Part shown: positions 10,021 through 21,642 of the stretch, one piece after another
Numbering within the stretch: the stretch's first letter is position 1
How the letters are laid out: each line of letters begins with the position of its first letter
Assembly (NCBI RefSeq): GCF_023343835.1
Contig: NC_064458.1
Span: 4,729,829 to 4,793,828 of the forward strand
Direction: 5' to 3'
Source: Lagopus muta
Lineage: Eukaryota
DNA length: 64,000 bases
Translations under genes and position numbers: made by a program
Notes under the pieces: generated by a model
What the model saw: only the letters and a program-made list of their open reading frames with translations
Told to the model about the DNA's origin: nothing
The model's database searches: none

Positions 10021-10136
10021 CTCAACTTGGTCAACATCAGCCAAGACGACAAATCCCACGCTCATTTACATCAGCTTGCTCAACTTGGTCAACATCAGCC
10101 AAGACAATAAATCCCACCCCCACCCCCATCAGCTTC
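10021..10136 (+). repeat. 58-bp tandem repeat, 2 units, in the 3' UTR of PHF7-like copy 1
   Basis: Two consecutive 58-bp units. The second is diverged in its last third and carries AATAAA at 10106-10111. Confidence 0.8.
10106..10111 (+). terminator. AATAAA polyA signal of PHF7-like copy 1 (inside the 58-bp repeat)
   Basis: This is the first canonical AATAAA downstream of the stop at 9837. Confidence 0.45.
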
Positions 10137-10199
10137 ATTCTTCTCGTCTTTTCCTGGGGTGGGCAGAGTTCAGACCTCGACCACAGGGTTGCCTTCTCC

Positions 10200-11217
10200 C
10201 CAGCAGAATGGCTCAGGTTGGAGGGGCCCTTAAATATCATCCGGCTCTAACCCCCTTGCCGTGAGCAGGTTCATGCACCACCAGATCAGGATGCCCAGGA
10301 TCCCATCCACCCTGGCCTCAAAGGACTCCAGCAACGGGGTGTCCTGAACCCCTCAGGGAGGAACCTCGCTGTTCCAGTGCCTCGCCACTCCCTGAGGAAA
10401 CAGTTTCTTTCTAACACCTCATCTCTCTCTATCCTCTTTTAGTTTCATGCCATTCCCCCTTGTCCTGTCACTATCAGAATGCATGAAAAAGTCAGTCCTC
10501 CTCCAGCTTGGCAGGACCCTTAAAAGTACGAGAAGGCTGTGGGCACAGAGGTCTCCTCAGAGCCTTCTGTTCTGAAAGCAAAGTGAACCCCACTCCCTCA
10601 ACCTGCCTTCTGAGGTGCGGTGCTCCAGGCCTTGTCTCCTCTTTGCGGCCCTCCTCCGGACCCCCCCTCCCACCGCTCCACACCCCTCCTGTGCTTGGCA
10701 CCCCAGGCTTGGGCGCAGTACTCCAGATGGATGCCCTCGCAAGGGCACAGCAGAGACGGACAATCACCGCCCTGCCCTGCTGGACACCTTCCTCAGGCCT
10801 TCCGGGCTGCAGGCACGTGCTGCTGGCTCATCTCCGGCTTTTTGGCCATTACGACCCCCAGGTCCTTCTCCACAGGGCTTCTCTCGCTGTCTTCTCCTCC
10901 CAGTCTCCACCCGTATCTGCGACTGCCTCAACCCAATCGCAACACCTTGCACTGGGCCTTGTTAAACCTCACGAGATGCTCACGTGCCCTGTATTCCAGC
11001 CTGGGTCCAGGTCCCTCTGGATAGCGTCTCTGCCTTCTGCTGTGCCAAGCGCACCATCAGCTCGGTGCCGTCAGCTGGGGGTGCACTCAATCCCACCGTC
11101 TGTGTCCTTGATAAAAATGCTCACGAGCATCAGTCCCCAGACGGACCCCTGGGTGCCCGGCCTCCACCTGGACACAGAGCCGCTGGCAGCAATCCTCAGG
11201 CACAACATCCCGATGCC
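10200..11217 (-). mobile_element. CR1 fragment (copy of 148-1165), cut at the amplicon junction
   Basis: Direct-repeat copy of the CR1 at 148-1580, truncated at 11217. Confidence 0.8.
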
Positions 11218-11533
11218 TGCCTTTGCTGCCCGCCTAGTCCAGGCTAGCGGCCCCGTTCTCCCAGTGTCAGAGTGCTCCCCTGCATGACAGCTGAAGTCTT
11301 TTCACATATCTGTCAGCTCACTCGTGCTCAGGAGTCAAATGGTTCTCGTCTCCTTTTTGAGTTCGGCCTCTTCCTCCTGCCGTTCTTGTCATGGCCTGGC
11401 TTCATTCTCATCCTCTTCTTCTACCTCCCTCTTAGAACGTATTTCCTTTCTTACTAAAGGAGCTGATTTTCACGGCCTCATTTTGCTCTTTTTAATAAGG
11501 GCTATGGATACTGGCACAGTTGGGTTCTCTGGT

Positions 11534-12694
11534 TGAACCACGTGGGCTGTCACGAAGTCGGGTGCTGGCGCAGGGCCTGTCTCATGGCTTGGAGCAGACG
11601 CAGGGCCCGTCGCAGTGGGCCAAACTGTTATGAGATCCCCCGCTCATGCGTTTCTTCTCCAGACTGAAGAGTCCTAGGTCTCTCAGCCTTTTCTCGTGAG
11701 GAAGATGCTCCAGGCCCCTCCATCATCTCTTGGTCGTCAAGCCAGTTCCCAGTCCATCTCACTGCCCACTCATCGGTGCGATGACTGGTGCGAAGCTGGC
11801 TGTCCTCCAGCATCCAGGCAGCTCTCCTGTTCTCCAAGGCCTCTCCAAGATCATAGAGAGCAGTTCAGCAATTACCTCCACCAGCTCTCTCAGCACACGT
11901 GGGTGCATCCCCACAGGGCCCATGAATTTGCGAGCACTGATTTTGCCTGCACGCTTCCTGTTCAGATCCTCCTCAAGCAGGAGGAAGTCTTTAATTCCCC
12001 AGACTCTCTCTCTTACCGCCAGGGCCTGGGATTTAGGAGGGGCAATCTTAGTAGTAAAGATGGAAGCAAAGAAGGCATTCAGTACCTCTGCCTTCTCTTT
12101 GTCCCTTGTTACCAAGGCATTCAGTGGCAGACCCGCATGTGTTCCAGTCTTAGTTTTACTACCAACATTCTCACAAAAGCCCTTGTTGTTCTCCTCGACC
12201 GCCTTTGCTGGATTTAATCCCAAGGGTGCCTTAGCCTTCCTCATTGCATCCTTGCAGGCCCTGACAACGCTCATACATTCTTTCCAAGTAGAAATGCCCT
12301 TCTTCCACGTGCTGTGTACGCTCCTCTTCCCTTTGAGTCCATCCATGAGCCCCTTGCTTATCCAGCAGTTCTCCTGCCACTTTTCCCTGCTTTCTTGCTC
12401 TCAGGGATGCATCCATCTTGAGCTTGGAGGAAGCGGTGTTTAAGTGTCAAGCAGCTCTCTCGGGCCTACTTGCCAAAGCTCCCGTCCATGGGATACCTCC
12501 AAGCAGGCCCACTGAGGAGGTCCTGCTCTCCCAAAGTCCGGGGTGACGGTCCTACTGTGGAGTCGGCAATGCATTTTATGCCATAGGATGGGCCCTTCCA
12601 ATTGGCTCAGGAGCAGTTTCCAGATGGCGTGGAGTGTGCCTGGTGCCATGTACCGTGTGCATGCCATACCAGTCATGCTTCTCCCATTGCGTGG
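11534..12694 (-). mobile_element. CR1 fragment (inverted copy of 5150-6250)
   Basis: Mirror of the CR1 at 5150-6250 (ORF 11759..12346- is identical to 5438..6025+). Confidence 0.75.
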
Positions 12695-12713
12695 TGGTTG
12701 TGTGGGGGGCTGG

Positions 12714-13834
12714 GGATCGAACCGAGACCGCCTTAAGCAAGACAACAAACTCCGGACTTCTCCATTGTGCTCACGCACAACATGTTTGTTCTGCACCTTT
12801 CGCAGGAGCATAGCAGCACAGTTTTTGTTCTGAGGCATTCACGAGTTTGTTACCATTTTGTTTTGCACAGTTTGCACAGAAATTTCTGCGCATTTGGACT
12901 GTGTGCTGTATGTGCAACTGTATCTGATTTCCTCTTAGAGTGACTTCTACTTCAAAAATCATTAGGAAATTTCACCTTTTGAGAAAGACTTTTTGGGTGA
13001 TAGCTTCTAGAATTGTCCCGGGACTGGATGGTACACCAAGTAGTTGATAATTTCCAGGCTCATCCTAACCCTTCTCTTCCCCTGATGAATAGAGGTTTGG
13101 TGTCTTTCTGGTCAGCTGGCATGAACCCCACTGCACATCCACTCTTGAAGAAGGGAGTGAAACAATCTCAACACTTCTGTCTATTTGAAGACCTGGGGAT
13201 GCTGTTCCTCTCCACGTTCTGTTCTTTGTGCAAACATCACCCGAGCTCTTCTTTCACCCTTCTCCATCTCCAGCCCCTTGCTGCTTTTCAACACTTTTCA
13301 CTGGGCTTGGGCACCGTTGCGCTTCAGGTGAGCTTGTGGCGGAGCCCATCAGTGAAATGATTTGGAAAAACGATCAAGCACGTCCCAGTCTGCATGAGCT
13401 TCATGAGGCATTTATGGACTGTGGACATTTATAAAGGTGAAACCTATGTGAATACGCAGCTGGTGAAAAGAAGTTCTGTTATGATTGGTGAAGGATCAGA
13501 CGCTCTGTATGCATGTATACGCACATATTTATGTCTCACTCTCAATACTCTGTAGGCGTGTGAAGGAAGCGACGTGTTTCTTTGTGGCTCAGACTGTGAC
13601 AATGCCATACAGAACTGTAACACTGTGAATTCTCGCCCTCTTTCTGTCTGGTTCACAGGTGGACCCGTGGACAGGCTAACCGGAGACAGGAGACACGGCT
13701 GTGACAGCCTTGTGAAGGCATCAGAGCAAACACTGTACTGTCACACGCTTGTGAAAGGTGCACAACAAACACAGGTTGTACGAAGTACAGCGGAGAAGCC
13801 AGGAGTCAGTCGCCCGGCTGAAGGCGGTCTCGGG
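12714..13834. repeat. Inverted copy of the 140-bp IR-pair element
   Basis: Mirror of 3950-5070 within the inverted arm. Confidence 0.4.
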
Positions 13835-14183
13835 TCCCCCCCACAACCACGGCCCTCCACAACCACCGTGCACACGGAGCAGCGTGGGGTTACGGCACAC
13901 GCACGGTGTGCGGCACCGCGCAGCAGCTCCTGGCCCGACCGAAGCCAAAGAAGGGCAGATTCGGGCCGTGGCACAGAACCGCTCCCAGTCCACATCCGGC
14001 AGAACAACCCCCTTCTCCAGCTACGGGCTCGGCTCCGTGCCAGGGATGTGGCCACGCTTTTCTCCATCCTTCTGCCTTCCGGGCATCGTCACCTTTGGTC
14101 GAGCCTTTTGTGCGCTCAGCAATGACAAATGCCAACCACTTTGGCAGAGCTCAGAGCTAGCCGAGCCTGAATGCAGTTGGAAT

Positions 14184-14734
14184 GGACGCATTTACCCGAG
14201 CAGAGCCAAGCCCCAGGCTCGCTCCGCTCCCATCGCCGGTACCCACGCCCCACGCCGCTCTTTTCTCGGTCTCTGCTGCCACCGCTTGACCGGAGCGCAG
14301 AATTGCAGTCGGGACCGCCGCGGCGGCGGTTTTAGGGGCAGCGGGGGGTCAGACGAGCTCTGGGCGCTCTGGGCCCCCCGGGGCCCGCACGGTCCCGCAG
14401 AGCACCACAGAGCCGTCCCGGAGCGGCACGACGCGTCGCTCTGCTCTCTCCGCTCCGTACCGCCCGTCCCTGCGGTAATACGAAGCGATCCTCCAGACAC
14501 TGACGCCTCCGGAAACCCGGAAGTGGTGCCTCTTTGCTCTGACTGCTCTGTGCCTCCAGCCCTCCAACTCGATGGTAGCGGGTCCTCCTGCTGGTGCTGC
14601 GCATGTGCCGAGAAGAGCGGAAGCGGCGGCTCGTTGGTGTAAGGGCGCTGCGCTGGCGGCGCGGCGGGCTGGTGGTGCTTGGAGCTGGCGGCGGTGCTGG
14701 GCGTGCGGCGTGCAGTCGGTCAGCGAGGTCATAA
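14184..14734. promoter_or_regulatory. CpG island, inverted-arm copy
   Basis: Mirror of 3050-3600. Confidence 0.5.
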
Positions 14735-14788
14735 TAAATAGTAAATCAAGGAAGAAAAACATCGAGTTATCTGTCTATCTACATCTCA

Positions 14789-15054
14789 TCTCATTTTCTG
14801 CTCCAAAACTGACCAAAGTGTCAGTGTGGTTTCCAGCTCCGAGAGGGAAATGGCTGCAAGCTCCAAGAGGGGAGGTTTAGGTTGGCTATAGGGACGAAAT
14901 CTTCTGCAGAGAGGTGGTGAGGCACTGGCACAGGTCGCACAGAGGTGCGCTGGGTGCTCCGTCCCTGGAGACCTGACCCAGCTGCGGTGTCCCTGTGCGC
15001 TGCAGGGGGGTTGGTCCGGATGGCCCTCAGAGGACCCTTCCAACCCTGAGGAGT
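14789..15054 (+). mobile_element. CR1 3'-terminal fragment (inverted copy of 2730-2995)
   Basis: Mirror copy within the inverted arm. Confidence 0.7.
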
Positions 15055-16203
15055 TTGTGGGTCTCTGTCCCAGGATCAGAGTTGATGGATGGTGGAGGAG
15101 AAGGCATTTCTGCAGCTTTTAATCCGTAGCACTGGAAACACAAATCAGGATGTTTGAATATTTTTTTCCAAACCTCTCACGATGTGAGCCCTGAAGTGAG
15201 CTCATCCTGCAGGGTGAAAAGTTCAGTTCAAAGTATTTTAATATAGCTATGCTCTTTTCTTTTTTTTTTCTTTTTCTGCCCCAGTATGATGCTCTACTTC
15301 TGTCAGTGGAAACTGTCCAGATGATGCTCTGTGCCCCAGCAGGTGCTCTACTCCTGCAGGATTACAAACGGAAAAGGGGCTGTGCTCCAGGCTGGGCTGC
15401 GTGCTTGAAACTCCACCCCAAAAAAAGCTGATTGCCTCCATGAATCTTCATGCTTTCTGTCTCACAGGGTGTCTTTGGGTAATTTGTGTGAGCTGTTGTA
15501 AAAGCTAGGTTTGCTCTTTCTTGGTGAATGCTGAATCCTAAAGTAGTATTTTGCAAGAGAGTTGGGCACCGTATTGCTTTACTTTGTGTGTTGGAGCTCT
15601 CTCTGGGACCCAGAGCAGGTGTACCCAATGCGCAGCTCCGCACAGCCAGCAGTGCAGCCCAGCCCCGGCCCCACGCAGTGCTCTGAACAGCAAAGAATGT
15701 GCAGCCATGCTTTCTCTTTTGATAAAGGAATTTGGAAACCGGTTTCAATTTTGCCAAAAAATCATCCCTTTATGTGGGTGACCCCATTTTAAGTTGATAC
15801 AAATGCATTACCTGCCAGTTTTCAATTGGAATGCCTGGAGTTCCAACCAGATATTCGACTCCAAAATCTAACCATGTCTCCTGACTGGACTTCTGTCAGA
15901 CCTCTTTTAACAGACAGAAATATCCCTCGCTTTGCAGTCAAGCCTTATTCACGTCATCGCGTTTTGGCAGTCAGCACGCTTGTGAACAATTGCATGGCAA
16001 GAGTAAAATTTCATCAGAAATCTGACAAACGCATTAAGACCTCACGAAAAATTGCAACCATTGACATCAAACGAGGCATTGACGCACTACCTTCACGAAA
16101 AAAGAAGTCAGATATCCCACCAGTTTTACGCTTTGTTTCTCTCCTTTTTTTTCCCCCCAACGCTTTAAAAAATACTACAAATGGAAATGGTTTGCTGCTA
16201 ATG

Positions 16204-17636
16204 AATGAACGATACAGAACAGTGGCAACCCCAAGCCATGAAACACCCCCAGAATTGGGCTGCCCTGCCAGCAGAGCCTTGATCCATCCTGACTTGAGAC
16301 CTCGTGCCTCAGTGGGGCTGGGCCAGAAGCCAGCTGGGCCTGAAGGCCGCTGTGCCTCATCTGTGGGCCTGGGAACATGGCGGGGTGGATCCTCCTGGAG
16401 GAGATGTGAAGGCACACGCGAGATGGGGAGGCGACCTAAGACAGCCAGCACGGCTTCAGCAAGGGCGGCTGTGCCTGAGCCATCTGGAGGCCTTTGGTGA
16501 TGGAGTGATGGCTGTGATGGACAAAGGAAGGGCGACTGATGTCTTCGTCCCACAGCACCTCCTAATGTCTGAAGTGGAGAGATGTGCATTTGAGTGTTGA
16601 ACAGACAGGTGGATGCAGGTTGTTTGGATGTTGTGCCCGAGGATTGCTGCCAGCGGCTCTGTGTCCAGGTGGAGGCCGGGCACCCAGGGGTCCGTCTGGG
16701 GACTGATGCTCGTGAGCATTTTTATCAAGGACACAGACGGTGGGATTGAGTGCACCCCCAGCTGACGGCACCGAGCTGATGGTGCGCTTGGCACAGCAGA
16801 AGGCAGAGACGCTATCCAGAGGGACCTGGACCCAGGCTGGAATACAGGGCACGTGAGCATCTCGTGAGGTTTAACAAGGCCCAGTGCAAGGTGTTGCGAT
16901 TGGGTTGAGGCAGTCGCAGATACGGGTGGAGACTGGGAGGAGAAGACAGCGAGAGAAGCCCTGTGGAGAAGGACCTGGGGGTCGTAATGGCCAAAAAGCC
17001 GGAGATGAGCCAGCAGCGCGTGCCTGCAGCCCGGAAGGCCTGAGGAAGGTGTCCAGCAGGGCAGGGCGGTGATTGTCCGTCTCTGCTGTGCCCTTGCGAG
17101 GGCATCCATCTGGAGTACTGCGCCCAAGCCTGGGGTGCCAAGCACAGGAGGGGTGTGGAGCGGTGGGAGGGGGGGTCCGGAGGAGGGCCGCAAAGAGGAG
17201 ACAAGGCCTGGAGCACCGCACCTCAGAAGGCAGGTTGAGGGAGTGGGGTTCACTTTGCTTTCAGAACAGAAGGCTCTGAGGAGACCTCTGTGCCCACAGC
17301 CTTCTCGTACTTTTAAGGGTCCTGCCAAGCTGGAGGAGGACTGACTTTTTCATGCATTCTGATAGTGACAGGACAAGGGGGAATGGCATGAAACTAAAAG
17401 AGGATAGAGAGAGATGAGGTGTTAGAAAGAAACTGTTTCCTCAGGGAGTGGCGAGGCACTGGAACAGCGAGGTTCCTCCCTGAGGGGTTCAGGACACCCC
17501 GTTGCTGGAGTCCTTTGAGGCCAGGGTGGATGGGATCCTGGGCATCCTGATCTGGTGGTGCATGAACCTGCTCACGGCAAGGGGGTTAGAGCCGGATGAT
17601 ATTTAAGGGCCCCTCCAACCTGAGCCATTCTGCTGG
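16204..17636 (+). mobile_element. CR1 fragment (inverted copy of 148-1580)
   Basis: ORF 16304..16600+ carries the RT motifs. The C-terminus and 3' tail are at 17400-17636. Confidence 0.85.
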
Positions 17637-17710
17637 GGAGAAGGCAACCCTGTGGTCGAGGTCTGAACTCTGCCCACCCCAGGAAAAGACGAGAAGAATG
17701 AAGCTGATGG

Positions 17711-17872
17711 GGGTGGGGGTGGGATTTATTGTCTTGGCTGATGTTGACCAAGTTGAGCAAGCTGATGTAAATGAGCGTGGATTTGTCGTCTTGGCTGATG
17801 TTGACCAAGTTGAGCAAGCTGATGTAAATGAGCGTGGGATTTGTCGTCTTGGCTGATGTTGACCAAGTTGAG
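17711..17872 (-). repeat. 58-bp tandem repeat, 3 units (one extra versus the forward copy), in the 3' UTR of PHF7-like copy 2
   Basis: It has three units (47+57+58 bp) where the forward copy has two. This is why ORF 17586..18059 carries an extra 'TNPRSFTSACSTWSTSAKT' block. Confidence 0.8.
17725..17730 (-). terminator. AATAAA polyA signal of PHF7-like copy 2
   Basis: 'tttatt' on the + strand, inside the first (diverged) 58-bp unit. Confidence 0.4.
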
Positions 17873-18055
17873 CAGGTGTCATTGGCACCCGGCTGCTCCT
17901 GTGCAGACTGAGGTCTGGCTGTGGGGATGTGGTTCTGCAGATGGACCTGGGAGCAGCTTTGTGCCCAGGCTGGCCGCTGCTGTTGGGTTTGGCTGCTGCG
18001 GCGTGCTGGGGTCTGTGTGGGAAGTCGCAGCCTGACATCCCGCTGCGGAAGGGCT

Positions 18056-18675
18056 TCATGTGTGGGCCCTCCCTTGCTGCCTGGAGGGTCTTCTGTGTCC
18101 AGGCAGCGGGGAACCCCTCGAGGGCCTCGATGTCACTGGGGCGGCTGAGCAGAGGGTGCTGCTCTGTGCAGCTCGGCGTGGTGTTTGTCTGCTGCCACGG
18201 CTTCTTCTGGGCCGGCTCTGGGAACGTGAGGCCCGATCTTGAAGCGGGGAGCGGCTTCGTGCCCGGCCCGTCCCCTGCTGCCTGGGGCTCCTTCTGGGTG
18301 CAGCCACCGGGGAGTCGCTGGAGGGCCGCGGTGCCCTCCGTGGGGTGGACCTGCGGGAGCTGCTGCTGGTGCGCGGGGCTGTTGCACGGCCGCTCCCGCG
18401 GCGTCCTCGGCGCCGCAGAGATGCCTCCTGATCCTCAGGGAGGCGTGGGCCGATTGCCCTCTGCCGTGTCCCAGGCTCACTGGGCAGGCGGCTGTTCTCA
18501 GGCAGCTGGGACCGGTGTGAGGGGCCCGATGCTGCCTGGCTGCTGGAGCCGGAGCTGATGTTCTCCGGTCCCTGGGAGCCACGGGGAGGCTCCGGAGCCC
18601 CTTGGCTGGAAGTGCTGGGGCCGGCGCGCTCCGTGTTGGTGCTGGGTCCGGCGCGCTCCGTGTTGCTGCTGGAGG
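18056..18675 (-). CDS. PHF7-like copy 2, exon 9 (basic SR-rich tail; differs from copy 1 by Q->R: EASLRRRGRRG)
   Basis: Mirror of 9218-9837. ORF 18056..18793- differs from 9100..9837+ by a single residue. Confidence 0.6.
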
Positions 18676-18846
18676 CTGTAAAGGAAAGCAGGAAGGTGAT
18701 CATTGGGATGAAGCTGCAGCCTTGAGTCGCAACGGGCTGCCCTCCTTCCTGGGGCAGAGAGAGCCTGGCAGGGCCGCCCTGAGCAGCACCCACTGCCAGG
18801 CGTTGCCCGGCCCCCGCCTAGGGAGCCACAGCTGTTTGCATCTTAC

Positions 18847-18988
18847 CGGTGCCTATGCCAGCACAGCTGTCACACTCCCAGCTGCCAACTCTGTTGCTCA
18901 GGTAGGAGCATCGTCGGTGGGTCCCTTCTGCAGCACAGGAGCTGCAGAGCAGCAGCTGCCAGGGCCTGGGGAAGCAAACGGGTTGTGG
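18847..18988 (-). CDS. PHF7-like copy 2, exon 8
   Basis: Mirror of 8905-9046. Confidence 0.6.
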
Positions 18989-19123
18989 CTGTGAGGACAA
19001 AGTGAGCCAAGCCAGGCAGCGGCCGGCACATCTGCGGTGCTCAGCCCTGGTTCCCCATCCGGTGTTGAGAGGGAGATCCCCTGCAGAAGCCCAGAGGGCT
19101 GCTGAGGTAACTCACCCATTCAC

Positions 19124-19229
19124 CTCTGCCTGCTCCCTGCCTCCTGGGTAAAGGCACTTGCTGACATCGCAGCGCCTGTGCCTCCGCAGAAGTGATGGGT
19201 AGGTGTTGTCATCCCACCAAGACGGTCTC
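19124..19229 (-). CDS. PHF7-like copy 2, exon 7
   Basis: Mirror of 8664-8769. Confidence 0.7.
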
Positions 19230-19447
19230 CTACAAGAGAAGGGAGGGAATGCGATGAGTTCCCGGTTCCCTGCCATGTGTGATCCGGGGTATCCCCGTTC
19301 ATCCAAGGCAACCCCATTTCCAGCTTCTCCGTGAAGCTGAGGCCTGTGCTGGTGAGACAGCAAAGGGCCAGGCCTGCTGGGACAGTCCCTGGGCAGGCCC
19401 AGCGCTCGCGCCTTCCCATCTGCAGCGCTGGGGAGAAGGACACCAAC

Positions 19448-19554
19448 CTGACTGGGACTTGGATCCCCAGAGTGGACATTTCTGCCCGGAATTGCTCCGT
19501 GTCTCGACAAATGGGGCACTGGAAGCACATGGTGCCGGCGTTCGTGGCCTGCCC
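19448..19554 (-). CDS. PHF7-like copy 2, exon 6
   Basis: Mirror of 8339-8445. Confidence 0.75.
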
Positions 19555-19645
19555 CTGCCGGAGAAGCAGAAGCAGCGTGAGCGTGAGCGGGGCTCGGTGC
19601 TGCTGAGCGCGGGCCGTGGCCGCAGGGTGAGGGGAGGGCTTCTAC

Positions 19646-19808
19646 CTGGACGCAGCGGCGGTGGAACCAGGTGTGCTTGCACGCTGGGCACCACAGGGTC
19701 TGGTAGGACGTGCTGTCCTCCAGGGGCTCCAGGCAGATGACGCAGTCAGTGCCTTGGGGTGGAGCTGCCTCCGCTGCCTGTCGCGGGCGGTGCTCGCAGC
19801 AGAAGGAC
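19646..19808 (-). CDS. PHF7-like copy 2, exon 5
   Basis: Mirror of 8085-8247. Confidence 0.75.
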
Positions 19809-19958
19809 CTGGGGGACGATGCAAGTGATGGGCACAGTGAGAAGCACTGCCAGGAGGGCAGAGCAGCAGGCAGGAGCCCCAGGCCCCATCTCTGGCAGGC
19901 TGCTGGGAGCTGTCGCTGTGGGTTCCTCCCTGGCTTGGCTGCTGCTGACAGCCCTTAC

Positions 19959-20083
19959 CTGTGCTGCCCAAAGAACTGGGTGACGCATTCACCGTCCGCG
20001 GCGCAGGGCAGGTGGAAGCTGCGTGCACAGCCTCTCTCTGCGCAGCTGATGGCGGCTCCTCTCTCGCCACAAACAAAGCATTG
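19959..20083 (-). CDS. PHF7-like copy 2, exon 4
   Basis: Mirror of 7810-7934. Confidence 0.75.
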
Positions 20084-20321
20084 CTGAAAGGAACAAGGCA
20101 GCCCCGATCAGCAGCAGGCTCAGGGCCTCCACGGCCGGCCCCACACCTCTGGGCAGGGCACAGGCTGCGGAAGCTGCTGGGCTCCACTCTGCAGAGCCGC
20201 CTGGCGGAGAAGGCTCGTCTGCTATGGCAGGACTTTGCCCTGGAGCCCGCTGGAAGGGCTGCCATTGCTTTCTCTGGGTGCAGACTAAGCTGGCGTGAGC
20301 CTCTCCTGGCACAAAGCTCAC

Positions 20322-20432
20322 CTTCTGGTCCGCCTGCTTGATTCTGCATCTGATGGTCCCAACGGGGAGGCGCAGCGTTTCCTCCCAGGGGTCGCTTTCT
20401 TCAAAGAATGTGTTTTTCTTCAAAGAAAAAAG
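20322..20432 (-). CDS. PHF7-like copy 2, exon 3
   Basis: Mirror of 7461-7571. Confidence 0.6.
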
Positions 20433-20528
20433 CTGTGGGAAAGAGCAGAGCAGGATCTCATTAGGACAGACAGGAAGGGAGCATCCCTGGCAGGAAGCTG
20501 GCAGGAGCCCTTGAGGGTTGGAACTCAC

Positions 20529-20620
20529 CAAGCAGAACTCATGCACGCAAAGGTCGCTCTCGGCAAAGGTGCGCCCGCAGATGTTCGGGTCGACATCCGC
20601 CCGGCGACACAGCATGCACA
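20529..20620 (-). CDS. PHF7-like copy 2, exon 2
   Basis: Mirror of 7273-7364. Confidence 0.7.
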
Positions 20621-20803
20621 CTGGAGAGGAGAGAGCAAAGGCGGGCAGCAGTGAGCACCTTGCGGGGCCAGTTGTCCCTGAGGGCGGTCCCCAGGGCCGT
20701 GCTCCTTGCTCCTGCCCCTTCCTTCCCTCTCTGCCGCTGGCAGACCCCCAGCACCCCTCTGCCCGGCGGCGGGGAGCTGCACGCAGGGATGCTTTGCTCT
20801 CAC

Positions 20804-20846
20804 CTTGCTCCCCGGAGTCGGGGGCCTTCCGCTTCCTACTGGACAT
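20804..20846 (-). CDS. PHF7-like copy 2, exon 1
   Basis: Mirror (27893-x) of 7047-7089. Identical at the protein level (ORF 19989..20996-). Confidence 0.45.
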
Positions 20847-21143
20847 GTTGCGCGTCAACGGTGAGCACTTGAAGAGTCCCTGCTCTCTCTGCACCTCACC
20901 AGGCCGCACTGACCACGCTCTGAGCCCGGCAGCCTTTGCTCTGCTCCCAGCCCCGTGGGTCACAATGGCCGCTCCCTGCCACCACTGTGACATCACGGTT
21001 ACCCCCTCGGGGCGGAATGCGTCCCAGGCTCCCTAGCAAGATGGCGGCAGCCCTGGGCCCTCAGAATCAGCAATTGCCGGCCAACAGCCAGTCTGTATCT
21101 CCCCTCTTTTTTCAGCATTACGCATCACCTCCAGAAGAGCTGG
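20847..21143 (-). promoter_or_regulatory. Candidate proximal promoter of PHF7-like copy 2
   Basis: Mirror of 6750-7046. Confidence 0.3.
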
Positions 21144-21642
21144 TGCCCTCAGGCACACCTTTCCCCACGGTGCACCGCTTGCCTGGGTAACATACCAGAT
21201 CTTCTTTGAAGGGACTCCTTTCCCTCTCGGCCCTTACGGAGAGTCACCTCCACGAGGGGAAGGCTCGTGCCTCATTTCCAAGGGCTTTGCCAATGCACCC
21301 TGCCCGTGAAAGGGATCCCAGATGCCTGCCTTTGCTGCCCGCCTAGTCCAGGCTTGCGGCCCCGTTCTCCCAGTGTCAGAGTGCTCCCCTGCATGACAGC
21401 TGAAGTCTTTTCACATATCTGTCAGCTCACTCGTGCTCAGGAGTCAAATGGTTCTCATCTCCTTTATGAGTTCGGCCTCTTCCTCCTGCCGTTCTTGTCA
21501 TGGCCTGGCTTCATTCTCATCCTCTTCTTCTACCCCCCTCTTAGAACGTATTTCCTTTCTTATTAAAGGAGCTGATTTTCACGGCCTCATTTTGCTCTTT
21601 TTAATAAGGGCTATGGATACTGGCACAGTTGGGTTCTCTGGT

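Larger units (their letters stand above)
1..10052 (+). repeat. Amplicon unit U (period 10,052 bp), full forward copy
   Basis: Every ORF in 1-1165 recurs at +10052 (24..212 = 10076..10264, 456.. = 10508.., etc.). This shows a tandem direct repeat with a 10,052-bp period. Confidence 0.85.
10053..11217 (+). repeat. Partial second forward copy of U (U positions 1-1165)
   Basis: Direct repeat of 1-1165 with an SNP-level difference (RCWLIS vs TCCWLIS). It ends abruptly at 11217 inside CR1 sequence. Confidence 0.85.
11217..17783 (-). repeat. Inverted copy of U positions 1-6567
   Basis: All ORFs mirror with coordinate sum 17784 (e.g. 1284..1958- = 15826..16500+; 5947..6156+ = 11628..11837-). The proteins are identical or differ by single residues. 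Confidence 0.9.

Noticed and set aside
11217-11217. Possibility that the forward/inverted join is a long-read fold-back assembly artefact
   Set aside because: It is not rejected outright. However, the join is not a symmetric fold-back (U position 1165 is joined to U position 6567) and it has 5-bp microhomology. The inverted arm also carries its own SNPs and a different 58-bp repeat count. A real rearrangement is more likely, though read-level validation is still needed.
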